Notes: generated by a model not told the origin, from the letters alone. A DNA stretch of 64,000 nt from Macrostomum lignano (GCA_002269645.1 NIVC01002302.1:26980-90979), one strand, 5' to 3'; positions 23,397 to 35,820 are shown, counted from the stretch's first letter. Made by a program: numbers and translations.

Positions 23397-24689
23397 TATA
23401 ATTGAAAAAAGAAACTTAAAAAGATGCAAAACCAGAATTATAAACAGAAATAATTGATTCACGAATACTTATTAAAATGTAGAACACAATAAATTCACTA
23501 AAATAGCAATACACTACCTATCATGTTGATAAAAAATGATGATGATAATACTTAAATTGTACGCTTTAAGTGATTTTAAAATTTCACAATAAATAAATAT
23601 GCAAATCATATGCAGGCAAATGCTTTTTCTTACAATTCTATGTACTACTAAAAATATAATTTAAGCTTTAGCATAGAAATTAACAGTTCTTTTACTTTTT
23701 ATACTTTGTTCTATTGCTCTAATAGCTATCGTTTTTAAAGGTTGAACTTCGTGGAATTTTCTCAAACTATCATAGTAGATGTATAATGATACTCAGTCGG
23801 GCAGATTGTAAGTGTTAAATGCTTATCTTGATAGTTATCACTTAAAAATCCTTTCTATTTAAATGGCAATAGCAACAATGTGATATATTGGGATAGGGTT
23901 ATTTCTTCTATCCTAAAACTGTCACTAAGAGAAGACCTATCAAAAGTATAAGTATAAATCTAAACATTTTTTTTCTTTTTGAAAACTAATTAATTTACTA
24001 TATTATAATAATCCTAGGCCTAGTGAAGTCCACCGATGTTGTGATAGAGCTGAATTTATTTTTATCTTGGCCCTTGCCACAAAAGTTTTGCTACTTTATT
24101 ATAAAATTCATGGTTTATCCCTTATATATTTTATATATACCCATATTATAAATATTGATTATTACAAGATTTAAACAAAATGTACTCATTGAAAAGTCAA
24201 AAGCAATTTATTACTTTGCATTTGTGTAATACATTGCTCTTAAAAATTAGGAATCTTGGCTGTTTTATCCTTAAACAATTGTGGCCATGGGGGACAATTT
24301 GCCTTTAGTAAGACAATTTCACCCATAGTCTATTTTGTTTACAAACCAGTTTAGCTATAAGCATTTTGGCCATAATGCTGAATGTATAGTATACAGATAC
24401 ATATTTTAGTATTAAGCTATTGTATTATAGTATAAATAAGCTATTGAAATCTATAGATTTTGAACCCATTGAATTCTAATCCCTAGAACTATTTTTGCAA
24501 AAAAATAAAATTAAAGTCATAAACAAAAACTTGTTAATAGTTAAGAGAGAAGTTTGAAAATATAGAATAAATTCATGTTAAATTAAGATTTCAGGCAAGA
24601 ATTGATCATATTGTCTAGGATGCCACTCAAAATAAGTCTAGGCCTTATCTAAACATGTCCTATGTTAGCTTTAGCAAACTGTTGGCCTC

Positions 24690-25405
24690 TGCCTTTCTTT
24701 CTGTCCCTTGGGTTCTTTAAAATTTCTTTCTTTTCTTTCTTTTTTATTTTATTTATCATCTTGCCTTTTATTTCCTCTCTCCTCTACTTTTTTCTCTTTC
24801 CCTTTTTTCTCTTTTCTCTGCTTTCTCTATTGCTCTTTCATCCTTCTCACCCTTTCTACTCTCTCTCTTGTTTCTTCTCTCTCTTCTCTGCTCTCACATC
24901 TCTCTTTTCCTCTCTTCTCCCTTGTCTCTTATTTCTTCTCTGCTCTCATACCTCTCATTTCCCCTCTCTCCTATCTTCTTTCTCCTTTTGCTTTCACACA
25001 TATTCTCTCTTCTTTCTCTTCTCTCTATTCTCCTATCTCTCTTCTCTATTCCCTCATCTTTTCTCTCCTCTTGTCTTTCTTCTGTTGTCATTGCTTCATT
25101 ATCTGTTCACTCATCTCTCTATTATGTACTTTTCTCTTTTCCCTCTTCTGACTCCTCTCTGTCCTTACTTCTCTCTTCTCTTCCTTGTTCTATACTCTCT
25201 CCTCTCATCTCTATTGTCTTCTCTGTCAACTCTCTTCTCCCCTCCATCTCTGATTTCTTTGATCTCTTTCATCTCTACAATCTTATTTTTTCTCTCTCCT
25301 TCCCTTTCATTTACTTTCTTGTCTTTCCTTTCTCCTCTCTCCTCTTTCTTATATCTATTTCCTCTCTTTTCTCTCTTTTTTCTCCCTTTTCTCTCCTCTC
25401 TCCTC
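24690..25405. repeat. Polypyrimidine (TC-rich) low-complexity tract
   Basis: Almost purely C/T on the + strand; the long F/L/S ORFs are compositional artefacts. Confidence 0.9.
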
Positions 25406-25409
25406 GAGA

Positions 25410-25675
25410 AATTCAAATCAGGATGCTCAAAGTCACTTGGTGTTATCTGTTGAAGGAGCAGCTGGTATTGGGGTGATAATGGAATGCTGGAAAGACTAGC
25501 TGAGGATGTCTAGCAGTTGAGGCTTGCCCATTGTTGAGGCTTAATCAACAAAACTAGAGAAATTCGCATCAGGATGTCTATAGTCACCTGGTGCCACTTG
25601 TTGAAGGTCCAAAAGCTCCATCTGGATGAAGGCTAGTGACCAACAAAGGCAGAGCTGATGTAGACATGTGGTCAA
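25410..25675 (-). pseudogene. Decayed inverted duplicate of 41510-41770
   Basis: Aligns by eye with the reverse complement of 41510-41770 (e.g. AGACTAGCTGAGGATGTC and GAAGGTCCAAAAGCTCCA shared); contains new stop codons. Confidence 0.75.
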
Positions 25676-28179
25676 TATGCTAATGAAATTTGGAGGCTTG
25701 GCAAGGCTACATGCCATGATACATGATACAAAAACCTACTTATGTGTTAATGTAATTATTGAATTAAATAAATGTTGGCTAAGATTGCAATCCTGTTTAA
25801 CAAGGGTAGGCAAGAATTAAAAAGTTATTTTTACCCAAAGAACCCACCTTGAACCTTTTACATTGCTGTGAGTAAAAATAAAATCCTGATTTTGATAAGT
25901 TTATCCTGTGTAATCCCACAGCACTTACACATGATTAATTTAATACTTGGTAAAGAAAACTGTAGGTTCTATGAACTATAAATCGAGATGCTTAGAGTAC
26001 TACTAATATCGTCCCAATCTTCTTGCCAACTGGTTACTGACTTATAATAAGTTTGTTTTATCTATACTTAATCACATTATTGAATTGCTTTATACTGTTC
26101 ATTTTTGTACCAAGGTGAGATCAAATTTCATTCTTTAATATCTAGTATTATGCTGGTCTAGTTTACTATGCTCCAAGCTTGCTGTCTAATCTCTTGTCAT
26201 TAAATTATTCTTTTTTCTTTTATGCTGTGCATATATTAAAGTTCGGCGGACCGACTCCCGATTTCGCATAAACTTCTGCCTTTGGGGCGATGCACTTTGC
26301 TCAGCGCCGGAGCCGATTCACTTTTTTGTGCACTTGCCAATCGCATTCCTGCCGGCGTCGCCTTCGCGCGAGGAATGAGTCTCGTCCGCCTTCGCCCGAG
26401 ATAATTCGCTTATCTGGCATTCGAGAAAATTGAGGCAAAAGAAAATTCTAAGCTCGCTGCTTGTCTGCTTTTATTCTATAGAATTTCCCTACTCATCTCC
26501 TTGGTTTGCCAGCTTTGAGCCATCGTATAGGAGGAAGATGATGATCGCGCGTGCTGGTGCGGCAGGCTTGGATCTGTGAGTCTATCGCTGTCCCAATACG
26601 ACTTTGGTAGTCCGTCCGATATTATTCCCTCCCTGGAGTTCCTGTGGTTGGTTCGATTTCTCCTGAAGAGCTAAGAGCTTGCACGAGGAACTGGGAGCTG
26701 GAGAGACGCGTATCGATGGAGAATGGAATCCAGCCACTTCCCTCCTATCCTTCTCTCTCCTGTTCCTCATTTCCGATTTCCGCGCAAGTTCCACTGGGCG
26801 CTGTGGCTAACCCTCTCCGGGGATTAAATGAGCTGGCCGGATGGAAAGGGATAACAGAAAGGCGTGACTGACCTCAGCTGCCCTCTGTCCTGGCCGACTC
26901 CATTTTTCGTCGCCAAAGTTTCATTTTTTCCTTTCCTTCTCTGTTAATTTTATGCAAAAAACGCTGGACTAACGCTGGAAGGTTGAAGCATTTCAGGTCA
27001 CACGAAGCTATAAAGGTTATTTATGGACCCTTTTAGGCTGAGTATCTCTGGTTTATTTATGATTCTGAACTGCACTTTTATTATCAAGTACCGTCGACAA
27101 GTACCGAGCTGCATGTAGCTAGAAAAGAGACATTAAATACACTACGAGTATTTTGCAACCGATTCTTTGCACTGGATGGTTGTCTAGGTACAGTCTTGCT
27201 TCCGGACTTCTCTATCATGTTTGAAAAGCTGCAGGCCAATGTTTATTGCTTTTTTATCTCCACTAGATGTTGAAATCGTTAGTCTAAAATACCAAACCTT
27301 TAAGCAAATTTCTGTTTAAGTTCCCCCATGTTCTTTCTGGTTTGTACTTTATAAACAGCATTAAAATTAGTAATCTTCTATAATATTAGTGCAGCTATTC
27401 TGACGCCAAGTCACAACTGTCTCCTAGAAGCATCTGTCTTTAAAACTCCCTCCATCATCGGATTCATCGCATCGATGCTTGCTCCCCTTCGACCAGCGCG
27501 TGAGTGACGGCTGCGAAACATTTCTTAGAAACTTAGAATATTTTCAAAACTTTAGAATGCTTATTTTGTTATGTTAAATAACCGGACACTTTGGATTTTG
27601 AATGTGTTTTAAAATATTTTTCTGCCCGCTACTTTGGTTTCTATGAAAGTAAGATGAACTGGCAAGAGTTACTTTCAAGCGCATGTTTCTTGCCAGTGTA
27701 CTTTGTTTGTAGGCTATCGGCATTGCTGGCGGTTAGGCCTGTTTTTCGCTTGACGTGATCCGCTATTGTGTTTTTTTAGTCCTACCGAAAATTGATGACC
27801 ACTTATGGTGACCGTGTGGCCTTCAGAACGTTGCTTTTTCTTTTCCTTTCCATCCGAGCCAATCAGATGCAGCTCAGCAGTCGACTGGTTCAGTACGAAG
27901 CTTAGTATAAAAACTAAGGAAAGGTTCAAGCGCATAGATAGCTGCTTTGCGGTGACATTTTCTTCTTCTAGAGGATTGGCTGGAGCTAGGAATACATTAA
28001 AGTCTGCCGCTGGCCCTTTGCTTGCATTTTGTGCGAGTTAGACCTATTCTTGGTTGGTTATTTCCGATCAGTTTATTCTACCTATCTGATTCAAGGTGGT
28101 CTGCCGTGCTCCGGGTAAGCAGCTGTGAATTGGTCTATAGAGACATCATTTTGAATTATTAATACTGTTTTTGTCCTGC

Positions 28180-28356
28180 TATGTGGAACAGTGGGCATGC
28201 AAAACGGAGCGGCCTATCGTTCCGGCTTCTATTCCGGCTCATCCTTTCATATAGCATGACAAATCGACTTGTCTATGGCCTGCTTTCTCGAGTTAATTCA
28301 AACGCTTGGCCATAGAATTCTATAGGCCATTCCGTTTCCGTCCACTGTTCTACATA
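28180..28356. mobile_element. TA-flanked MITE
   Basis: ~35-bp imperfect TIRs TATGTGGAACAGTGG...CCACTGTTCTACATA. Confidence 0.65.
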
Positions 28357-28366
28357 CGAGCTAGCA

Positions 28367-28859
28367 CATGGGTCGGCAAACTCCGGTCCGCGGGCCATAC
28401 GCGGCCCTCAAAGCCTCTATCCGGCCCTCAGGTCCTTTGAAGCTTCACAGTGGCGATCCGGCCCGCTCAAGGTTTGTGTCTCTGCTCAGCTCTGTCTCTT
28501 CTCTCTTCTTTACCCTCTCCCCCCTCTCCCCTCTCCCCTCTCTTCTTCTCTCCCCTCTCCCTTCTCTTCTTTCCCCTCTCCCTTCTCTTCTTTCCCCTCT
28601 CCCTTCTCTTCTTTCCCATCTCCCGTCTTTTCTTCTCTCCTCTCTTCTCCACTACCCTCTCTCTCTATCTCTTCCTCTTCCCTCTCTCCCCTCTTCTCTC
28701 CTCTTTTACGACGTATCTTTTCTCTCATCTCATTCCCCGCCTCTCCTCTCCTCTCATCTTTCGTCTTCCATTCCCTTTTCTTTCCACTCTCATCTGGCCC
28801 GCAGACAAGAGCTGCATTCCCTATCTGGCCCTTTAGGTAGAAAAGTTTGCCGACCCCTG
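28367..28859. mobile_element. hAT-type MITE with internal CT-rich tract
   Basis: TIRs CATGGGTCGGCAAAC...GTTTGCCGACCCCTG; identical 8-bp flanks AGCTAGCA at 28359-28366 and 28860-28867. Confidence 0.8.
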
Positions 28860-28867
28860 AGCTAGCA

Positions 28868-29202
28868 CATGGGTCGGCAAAACTTTTTTACGAGTACCTC
28901 AAGGGCCAGATAGAGAACCCAGAGAATGACTGCGGGCTAGAGGGGGGGGGAGAGGAGAGGGAATAAAGGAGAGAGAAGGGAGATAAGAGAAAGGAGAGGC
29001 GATAGAATAAAAAAGAACAGAGGAGGAGAAAAGAGGAGAGAGGAGAGGAGAGAGAAAGAGAGTACAGTGGAGATTACATGTAGAGAGAAGAGCGCTGAGA
29101 AGAGATATAAACATTGAGTGGGCCGGGTTGCTATTGTAAAGTTTCAAAAGACCGGAAGGCCGGATAGAGAAAGGCTCTGCGGGCCGGAGTTTCCGACCCC
29201 TG
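28868..29202. mobile_element. Second hAT-type MITE, same family, opposite orientation, GA-rich interior
   Basis: CATGGGTCGGCAAA...GTTTCCGACCCCTG; subterminal sequences are the reverse complement of the neighbouring element. Confidence 0.75.
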
Positions 29203-30567
29203 AGTCATAGCAGGGCAAAAAGCAATGCTTCGTAAGTTATTAAGTTGCTACGCGGCCTAGAGGAATAAATGAACATATCTTTCGCACAAAAGACACTAGA
29301 AATTGGAGCGTATCGGTCTATTTACAATTCTTAGGATTTGCATCTAGAATATGGCAGCAGATTTTTTATCAATAAAAGTACAGATTATACTTGGTTTACA
29401 GATAAGATAAGTGATTTCCTGTCTGGCCATTCTATTTACACAGCTATTTCTGTGAGCTCTGTGCTCAGAAGTAGTATTCTGGAGTAGCTGTGAGGCTTGC
29501 CCCCTAGCCTTGATTGTATTATGTCTTCTCGTCTAAGGCCTCGGAGCCCTCGGGCGTTTTCGGGAAGATCTTTTTTCTTCAGGGTCTCTGCCTGAGTGCC
29601 TGCATTTCCTTGCTTTATAAGTCACACGGTGTCTGCAAACTTTAGTCGCGCGTAGGACGGGGCCGGGAGCCGTCTCCAAGCGTTTCATCATGATGTTTTA
29701 CCCTGCTGACGCTTCTTGCTGTCCCCTCTGTCTCGGTTGCCTCTATTTTGATCGAACGACTTTTTCTTTTTCAACTGTTCTTTTAGAAGTGGCTGGACTC
29801 TTCTAGTCTGCGCCTAAAACACTTTTTCTTTTTTTCTCTGGATTCTAATTACACAGTTTCCTTGCCTACGGAAGCTCGGTATAGTGTTTCATAGGCTAGC
29901 ACTAGTGCCATTAATCATATTACCAGCCATACGGTGAGCCTGAGCGGTGTTCTCTTCACTCAAGTCTTTTCCATCATCCACACGGCTCGGGCTTGATTAC
30001 CTATCGAATTCGAGTGTCCGAGTGGCAGCCCCCCCCCCTGCTGCCGCCGATATGACGGAAGAGCATTTTTGTTGTGGCGAAATAGGAAAGGCAGACTGGG
30101 GATTTATAAAAGTGCATCGTCTCGCTAGCGCTGGATCCGCTCTCTTCTCTCCCTCTTTGGATTAATACGGGTCTGTGTTATGTCAATCCTCAACCCTGGA
30201 CAGTTGCCTCTGTGCCTCCCAGTCTTGTTAGCTTGCCCAGTTCAAGAGTCCAGCGCGTTAATTGCATCCGTGTACAGTTCTCCCGGCTGACCCTGCCGCA
30301 GAGGCGCGCTATCAGCTGTTAGAATCAGCGGGTCGGCTCGATTGCAGTGCTACGGCCAAAATAGATTGCTTCTGTTGGATAGTATAGCATTATTTTCGAT
30401 ATATCTGTTTATTACTATATCAGAGCTTTAGCCTTGACGTCTGCAGATTATTGCCCGCGAAACTGCTTGCCTAGTATTCGTAAGCGGCATTTTTCTTCCG
30501 AAACCAAGGTGTTCATAAAAATTAGATTCATTATAATAAGTACTGCAGATATTTACTAAATACTTGA

Positions 30568-31035
30568 CCAGATGAAAACGGTACCAAGGCCAAGAAGCGT
30601 CCCAGTGAGTCTCTTGCATCGGCCCAGAGTCGTTTCAGAGTCGTTGCAGGTAACACAGATGAAATAGGAAAGAAGTGACTATAGAGACTACTCTTAAAAG
30701 ATGAAATGTCACGGTACAAGTCGCCAAGAAGTCGTCTAAGAGTCAATTTGAGGCGTTTTATTGTCTGCGACTCTGAAACGACTTTAGGGCGACGCAGGTG
30801 ACTTTGGGACCGTAGAGTCCTATCTGAGACGTGCCAGAGTCGCTATAGAATCACTGAGTTGCGTCTAAAGTGCATCTGCGTCAACTATTTAGTCTACTTG
30901 AGTTAGTGGAAAGTTAAGCGTTAACACAACTGAATTTTAAACAACTTTTTCGCGACTCTTACGATTTTGCAACTCGCGTGATGCTGCTCTCCTGACTCGT
31001 CAGTCGCCTCTCCGTCGCATTACAGTCAATTGAGT
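30568..31035. mobile_element. Inverted diverged copy of the 8323-8780 element
   Basis: Shared blocks such as GATGAAAACGGTACC, GAATCACTGAGTTGCGTCTAAAG and CGTAGAGTCCTATCTGAG. Confidence 0.65.
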
Positions 31036-31290
31036 AATTAAAAATTCACAAGAGTCGCTAGTGAGTTGTTTGTAATCACTCTAGCGATTCTTGTCACTGT
31101 AACGTCAATGATGATCCATTCCAAGTATCCAGTAATCCAGCCTTGCTGCAGAATTCTTTTCCCTCTCGATTTCAGAGTCTCGCCGTTCTGGAACTGACAA
31201 ATAGCTATTAATTAGTCAAGGGCGTCAGCGAGATTGAATGCGGCGCTAAGGCTGGCACCGCGGACAGTTTGCCTGAAGTGAACTGGCGCA

Positions 31291-32019
31291 ATGGCATCGG
31301 CAAAGACTGACGCCGAGGCCGGAGTTAAAGTGGCCAATAATGCGGAGTTTTTCGTTTGCAATGCCAACATAGTTGGGCATAGGAATCGAGTTTGGGGCCA
31401 CAGGAACACGGTGACAGGGAATGGCAACCAGGTGTACGGCAATTGGAACCGGGTGGCCGGCACCCGCAACACTGTCCGGGGCATCAACAATCGGGTTGTC
31501 GGTGTCAAAAATGACGTCATCGATGCTAGCACTCTTGGCAGCGCCGGCTCCTCCGCTCCGTCCTCGTCGACATCCTCGGCCGAGGAATCGGCGTCGAACG
31601 ATGGCGAATCTGCCGCGGCGGCCGAAGTCCTTGTCAGCGTCTGCAAGCGGGTCCGAGTTCGAACCGACGCCAATGGGCGGCGCCAGCGCGAAAATTTTCA
31701 CGTCGAACTGGTCGAGCGCCGACTATTTGGGGTGGATTTGTCCTCGTCTTGGACGGCCAGCTCGCCGTTGAAAGGATTCAACAATCCAGACACTCTGTAC
31801 GATTTGTCCGGTCTGGATGGCGCGGACTCGGACGCCGCCGGCCTGCCCTGCTGCGTCTGCCTCGGCCGGGAGCGCTGCGTCAAGCTGTCCCCCTGCCGGC
31901 ACGTGCCGGTGTGTCTGGCCTGCGCCAAGCGCCTGTTTAACGGGGCTCGAACCCGGACTGTCGCTTGTCCGCTGTGTCGCTCGCCTGTTGAATCGGTTGA
32001 ACGACTGTTTTTGAACTGA
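31291..32019 (+). CDS. Intronless 242-aa protein: N-terminal 7-residue NxVxGxx repeats + C-terminal RING-HC finger (putative E3 ligase)
   Basis: ATG after an in-frame stop, GC-rich coding-like composition; RING CVC-x11-CRH-x3-CLAC-x14-CPLC of the IAP/MGRN1-like spacing; six exact NxVxG repeats at aa 32-71. Confidence 0.85.
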   Translation: MASAKTDAEAGVKVANNAEFFVCNANIVGHRNRVWGHRNTVTGNGNQVYGNWNRVAGTRNTVRGINNRVVGVKNDVIDASTLGSAGSSAPSSSTSSAEESASNDGESAAAAEVLVSVCKRVRVRTDANGRRQRENFHVELVERRLFGVDLSSSWTASSPLKGFNNPDTLYDLSGLDGADSDAAGLPCCVCLGRERCVKLSPCRHVPVCLACAKRLFNGARTRTVACPLCRSPVESVERLFLN

Positions 32020-32123
32020 TTGAATGCGAGTTTAGTCTAAATATGTGGGAGAGATATCTGAGCATTTACCAGCTGCTCAACTCGTATGGAAGCTGATCTT
32101 ATCTTAGCCGGTAGACGCTTAGA

Positions 32124-32828
32124 TCACCTGGAGGCTACTGTACTGCTTAGCTCACCTGGAGGCTACTGTACTGCTTAGCTCACCTGGAGGCTACTGTACT
32201 GATTAGCTCACCTGGAGGCTACTGTACTGATTAGCTCACCTGGAGGCTACTGTACTGATTAGCTCACCTGGAGGCTACTGTAGTGATTAGCTCACCTGGA
32301 GGCTACTGTACTGCTTAGCTCACCTAGAGGCTACTGTACTGATTAGCTCACCAGGAGGCTACTGTACTGCTTAGCTCACCAGGAGGCTACTGTACTGCTT
32401 AGCTCACCTGGAGGCTACTGTACTGCTTAGCTCACCAGGAGGCTACTGTACTGCTTAGCTCACCTGGAGGCTACTGTACTGCTTAGCTCACCTGGAGGCT
32501 ACTGTACTGATTAGCTCACCTGGAGGCTACTGTACTGATTAGCTCACCTGGAGGCTACTGTAGTGATTAGCTCACCTGGAGGCTACTGTACTGCTTAGCT
32601 CACCTAGAGGCTACTGTACTGATTAGCTCACCAGGAGGCTACTGTACTGCTTAGCTCACCAGGAGGCTACTGTACTGCTTAGCTCACCAGGAGGCTACTG
32701 TACTGCTTAGCTCACCTGGAGGCTACTGTACTGCTTAGCTCACCTGGAGGCTACTGTACTGCTTAGCTCACCTGGAGGCTACTGTACTGATTAGCTCACC
32801 TGGAAGCTACTGTACTACTTAGCTCATC
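32124..32828. repeat. 28-nt minisatellite TCACCTGGAGGCTACTGTACTGCTTAGC
   Basis: About 25 copies; on the minus strand the unit reads GTGAGC...CTCCAG. Confidence 0.95.
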
Positions 32829-33649
32829 TGTAAGCTCCATAGCGCAGCTTAGCGTTACGTGGGTCACAGAAGATATTAAGCTGCCCTATAATAAGCAGTT
32901 TATCTCCACCTCGAAACTGCCCCAATTCAAATAAATCCTTTTTAACCCGCCTTTCTAAGCAAATTAATTGGTCCGTTTTTACAAAAGAAAAATAGCATCT
33001 CTCTCCTATTGTGTTTGCTTTGATTGTGACTAAAAAATGATTGATCATCAGTTAGGATTTATTGATAGTCTAGACTATAGTCTCTACTGCATTGAATTGC
33101 ATCGGGCATTGATTTTCGCAGAGCTTTTTCTCTCTTGACAAAAGATTTCTTATAATTTAGCTTATACCAACAATTCTGCACTGTTCTGTCTGTTTTCTAC
33201 ACAAATCTAGTCGTTATTTATAAAAATGATATATTACAATATTTCATGAAAAAATACATTTTGCTGGAGATTTTCCTCAGGTTTTGTCATAGATGTGTTA
33301 TCGAATTAGCTTTATTCGAATTTTTGCTATTGCTGCTACATAGTGCCGCAAACTTCAATGGTCTCGAGTAAGAGTTTTTTTAGGATTTATTTTAATTAGA
33401 TATTGGATTAAAGTCAAAACTTTTTCGTCTGATGACGTTTTGAGATCAAATAGCTCTGATTGCTTAGTTATTTTTTAAGTTTTTCTCTTCTTTTGCTGCT
33501 TTTCTCAAAGCCATCCTGTTTTTTTTCATCAGTCATTTTTCAGTTGTTTTAGTGCTGCCACAAGTTCAATGCATATTTTGCACTTGATGCATCTTTCATA
33601 GTTTATAATTACAGCATAATCCCAAAAGGCATGCGTAGCACTCCCAAAC

Positions 33650-34430
33650 CCTCAGTTTTTGGGACAGTCTCCCAGATCCTCAGTTGTTGGGCCACCTTCC
33701 CAGATCCTCAGTTGCTGGGCCACCACCCTCCCAGATCCTCAGCTGCTGGGCCACCACCCTCCCAGATCCTCAGTTGCTGGGCCACCACCCTCCCAGATGC
33801 TCAGTTTTTGGGCCACCCTCCCAGATGCTCTGTTGCTGGGCCACCAGCCTCCCAGATGCTCAGTTGCTGGGCCATCACCCTCCCAGATCCTCAGTTGCTA
33901 GGCCACCAGCCTCCCAGATGCTCAGTTGCTAGGCCACCACCCTCCCAGATGCTCAGTTGCTAGGCCACCACCCTCCCAGATCCTCAGTTGCTGGGCCACC
34001 ACCCTCCCAGATGCTCAGTTGCTAGGCCACCACCCTCCCAGATCCTCAGTTGCTGGGCCACCACCCTCCCAGATCCTCAGTTGCTAGGCCACCAGCCTCC
34101 CAGATGCTCAGTTGCTGGGCCACCACCCTCCCAGATGCTCAGTTGCTAGGCCACCACCCTCCCAGATCCTCAGTTGCTGGGCCACCACCCTCCCAGATGC
34201 TCAGTTGCTAGGCCACCACCCTCCCAGATCCTCAGTTGCTGGGCCACCACCCTCCCAAATGCTCAGTTTTTTGGGCCACCCTCCCAGATCCTCAGTTACT
34301 AGGCCACCACCCTCCCAGATGCTCAGTTGCTGGGCCACCACCCTCCCAAATGCTCAGTTTTTTGGGCCACCCTCCCAGATCCTCAGTTACTAGGCCACCA
34401 CCCTCCCAGATGCTCAGTTGCTGGGCCACC
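33650..34430. repeat. 31-nt minisatellite CCCAGATCCTCAGTTGCTGGGCCACCACCCT
   Basis: About 25 variant copies. Confidence 0.93.
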
Positions 34431-34999
34431 CCATATCAGATTCTAATTTCCCAGTTACTCATATTTTTCCTGGCAAATAGACTTGCAGCATTGTGCGCCG
34501 CAGACACTTCAGTATTTCCTTCTTTGACAGGAACCGTTGACTGAACTTTTAGAGTCCGTTGATTTATACACAAACTGTGACACAGACGTCCCCAAGTCAA
34601 TACTGTCAATCATATTTTCAATTCGAATTTCTGCTGCTAAGTTTCGCGCCCGGCTCCATTTCGTCCAAGCTTTATTAAATTTTCGTGTTCAGTCATAACT
34701 AGCAATAAATCGAAAGATACTCTATCTCTGTCTACTTTTCAAATTGTTGTTTAAAAGATTGCAATTGCCATTTACTACACGTGTTACTATTGGAAAAATC
34801 GATTTTTCTTATACTTTTTATTATTGAAATCATTCAGCTAGGGCTGGTTTTTATAGCTAATGCAGAAATCTAACTAGTAACTAGTTTGTCACAGTGCCAC
34901 CAAAGTCCAACGACCCAGGACCAGTTGTTGAATTGGGCAGTACGTCTGGTATAACTTTTTTTTATATCCCATATCACCTCTAGCTCAGCCACCACGCTC

Positions 35000-35410
35000 A
35001 GAAACCCTTAGGCTGAGTAGCTAGCTTCCCAGATCCTCAGGCTGAGTAGCCAGCTTCCCAGATTCAGGCTGAGCAGCCACACTCCCAGATCTTCAGGCTG
35101 GGTAGCCAGTTTTCCAGATCCTCAGGCTGAGTAGCCAGCTTCCCAGATCCTCAGGCTGAGTAGCCAGCTTCCCAGATCCTCAGGCTGAGTAGCCAGCTTC
35201 CCATATCCTCAGGCTGAGTAGCCAGCTTCCCAGATCCTCAGGCTGAGTCGCCAGCTTTCCAGATCTTCAGGCTGAGTAGCCAGCTTCCCAGATCTTCAGG
35301 CTGAGTAGCCAGCTTCCCAGATCCTCAGGCTGAGCAGCCACACTCCCAGATCCTCAGGCTGAGCAGCCACACTCCCAGATCCTCAGGCTGAGTCGCCAGC
35401 TTTCCAGATT
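35000..35410. repeat. 29-nt minisatellite CCCAGATCCTCAGGCTGAGTAGCCAGCTT
   Basis: About 14 copies ending ~75 bp before the RPB11 ATG. Confidence 0.92.
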
Positions 35411-35484
35411 GGTTGCAGCATGCCTCAATATCTAAATGGGCAGTCATTGACCTCGGATCGTATTTATTGCATGCAACAGACACA

Positions 35485-35820
35485 ATGAACGCGCCCCAGC
35501 CCTGGGAGTCATTCCTACTAGAAGAAGGCCAGAAGAAAGTCGTGATGCAGCGCGACACCAAAGTGCCCAACGCGGCCCTGTTCATCATCAACAAGGAGGA
35601 TCACACCCTGGGCAACCTGCTCACCACGCAGCTGCTCAAAGACCCCGGCGTAATTTTCGCCGGCTACAAGATGCCGCATCCGATGGAATTCCGCGTCATG
35701 ATCCGGGTGCAGACTGTGCCAGACTATCTGCCGCAGGACGCCTTCAATCACGCCATCTCGGATTTGATCTCCGAGATCTCCGGCCTGGAGGAGGGATTCA
35801 AGGCTGGCCTGTACTCATGA
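35485..35820 (+). CDS. POLR2J: RNA polymerase II subunit RPB11, intronless CDS, 111 aa
   Basis: [19 protein letters not shown]...[23 protein letters not shown]...AGYKMPHP is the canonical RPB11 signature; the true ATG is at 35485. Confidence 0.97.
   Translation: MNAPQPWESFLLEEGQKKVVMQRDTKVPNAALFIINKEDHTLGNLLTTQLLKDPGVIFAGYKMPHPMEFRVMIRVQTVPDYLPQDAFNHAISDLISEISGLEEGFKAGLYS

Noticed and set aside
26230-30330. Possible decayed transposon coding remnants (26.2-28.1 kb and 29.2-30.3 kb)
   Set aside because: No diagnostic motif recognised in any frame.
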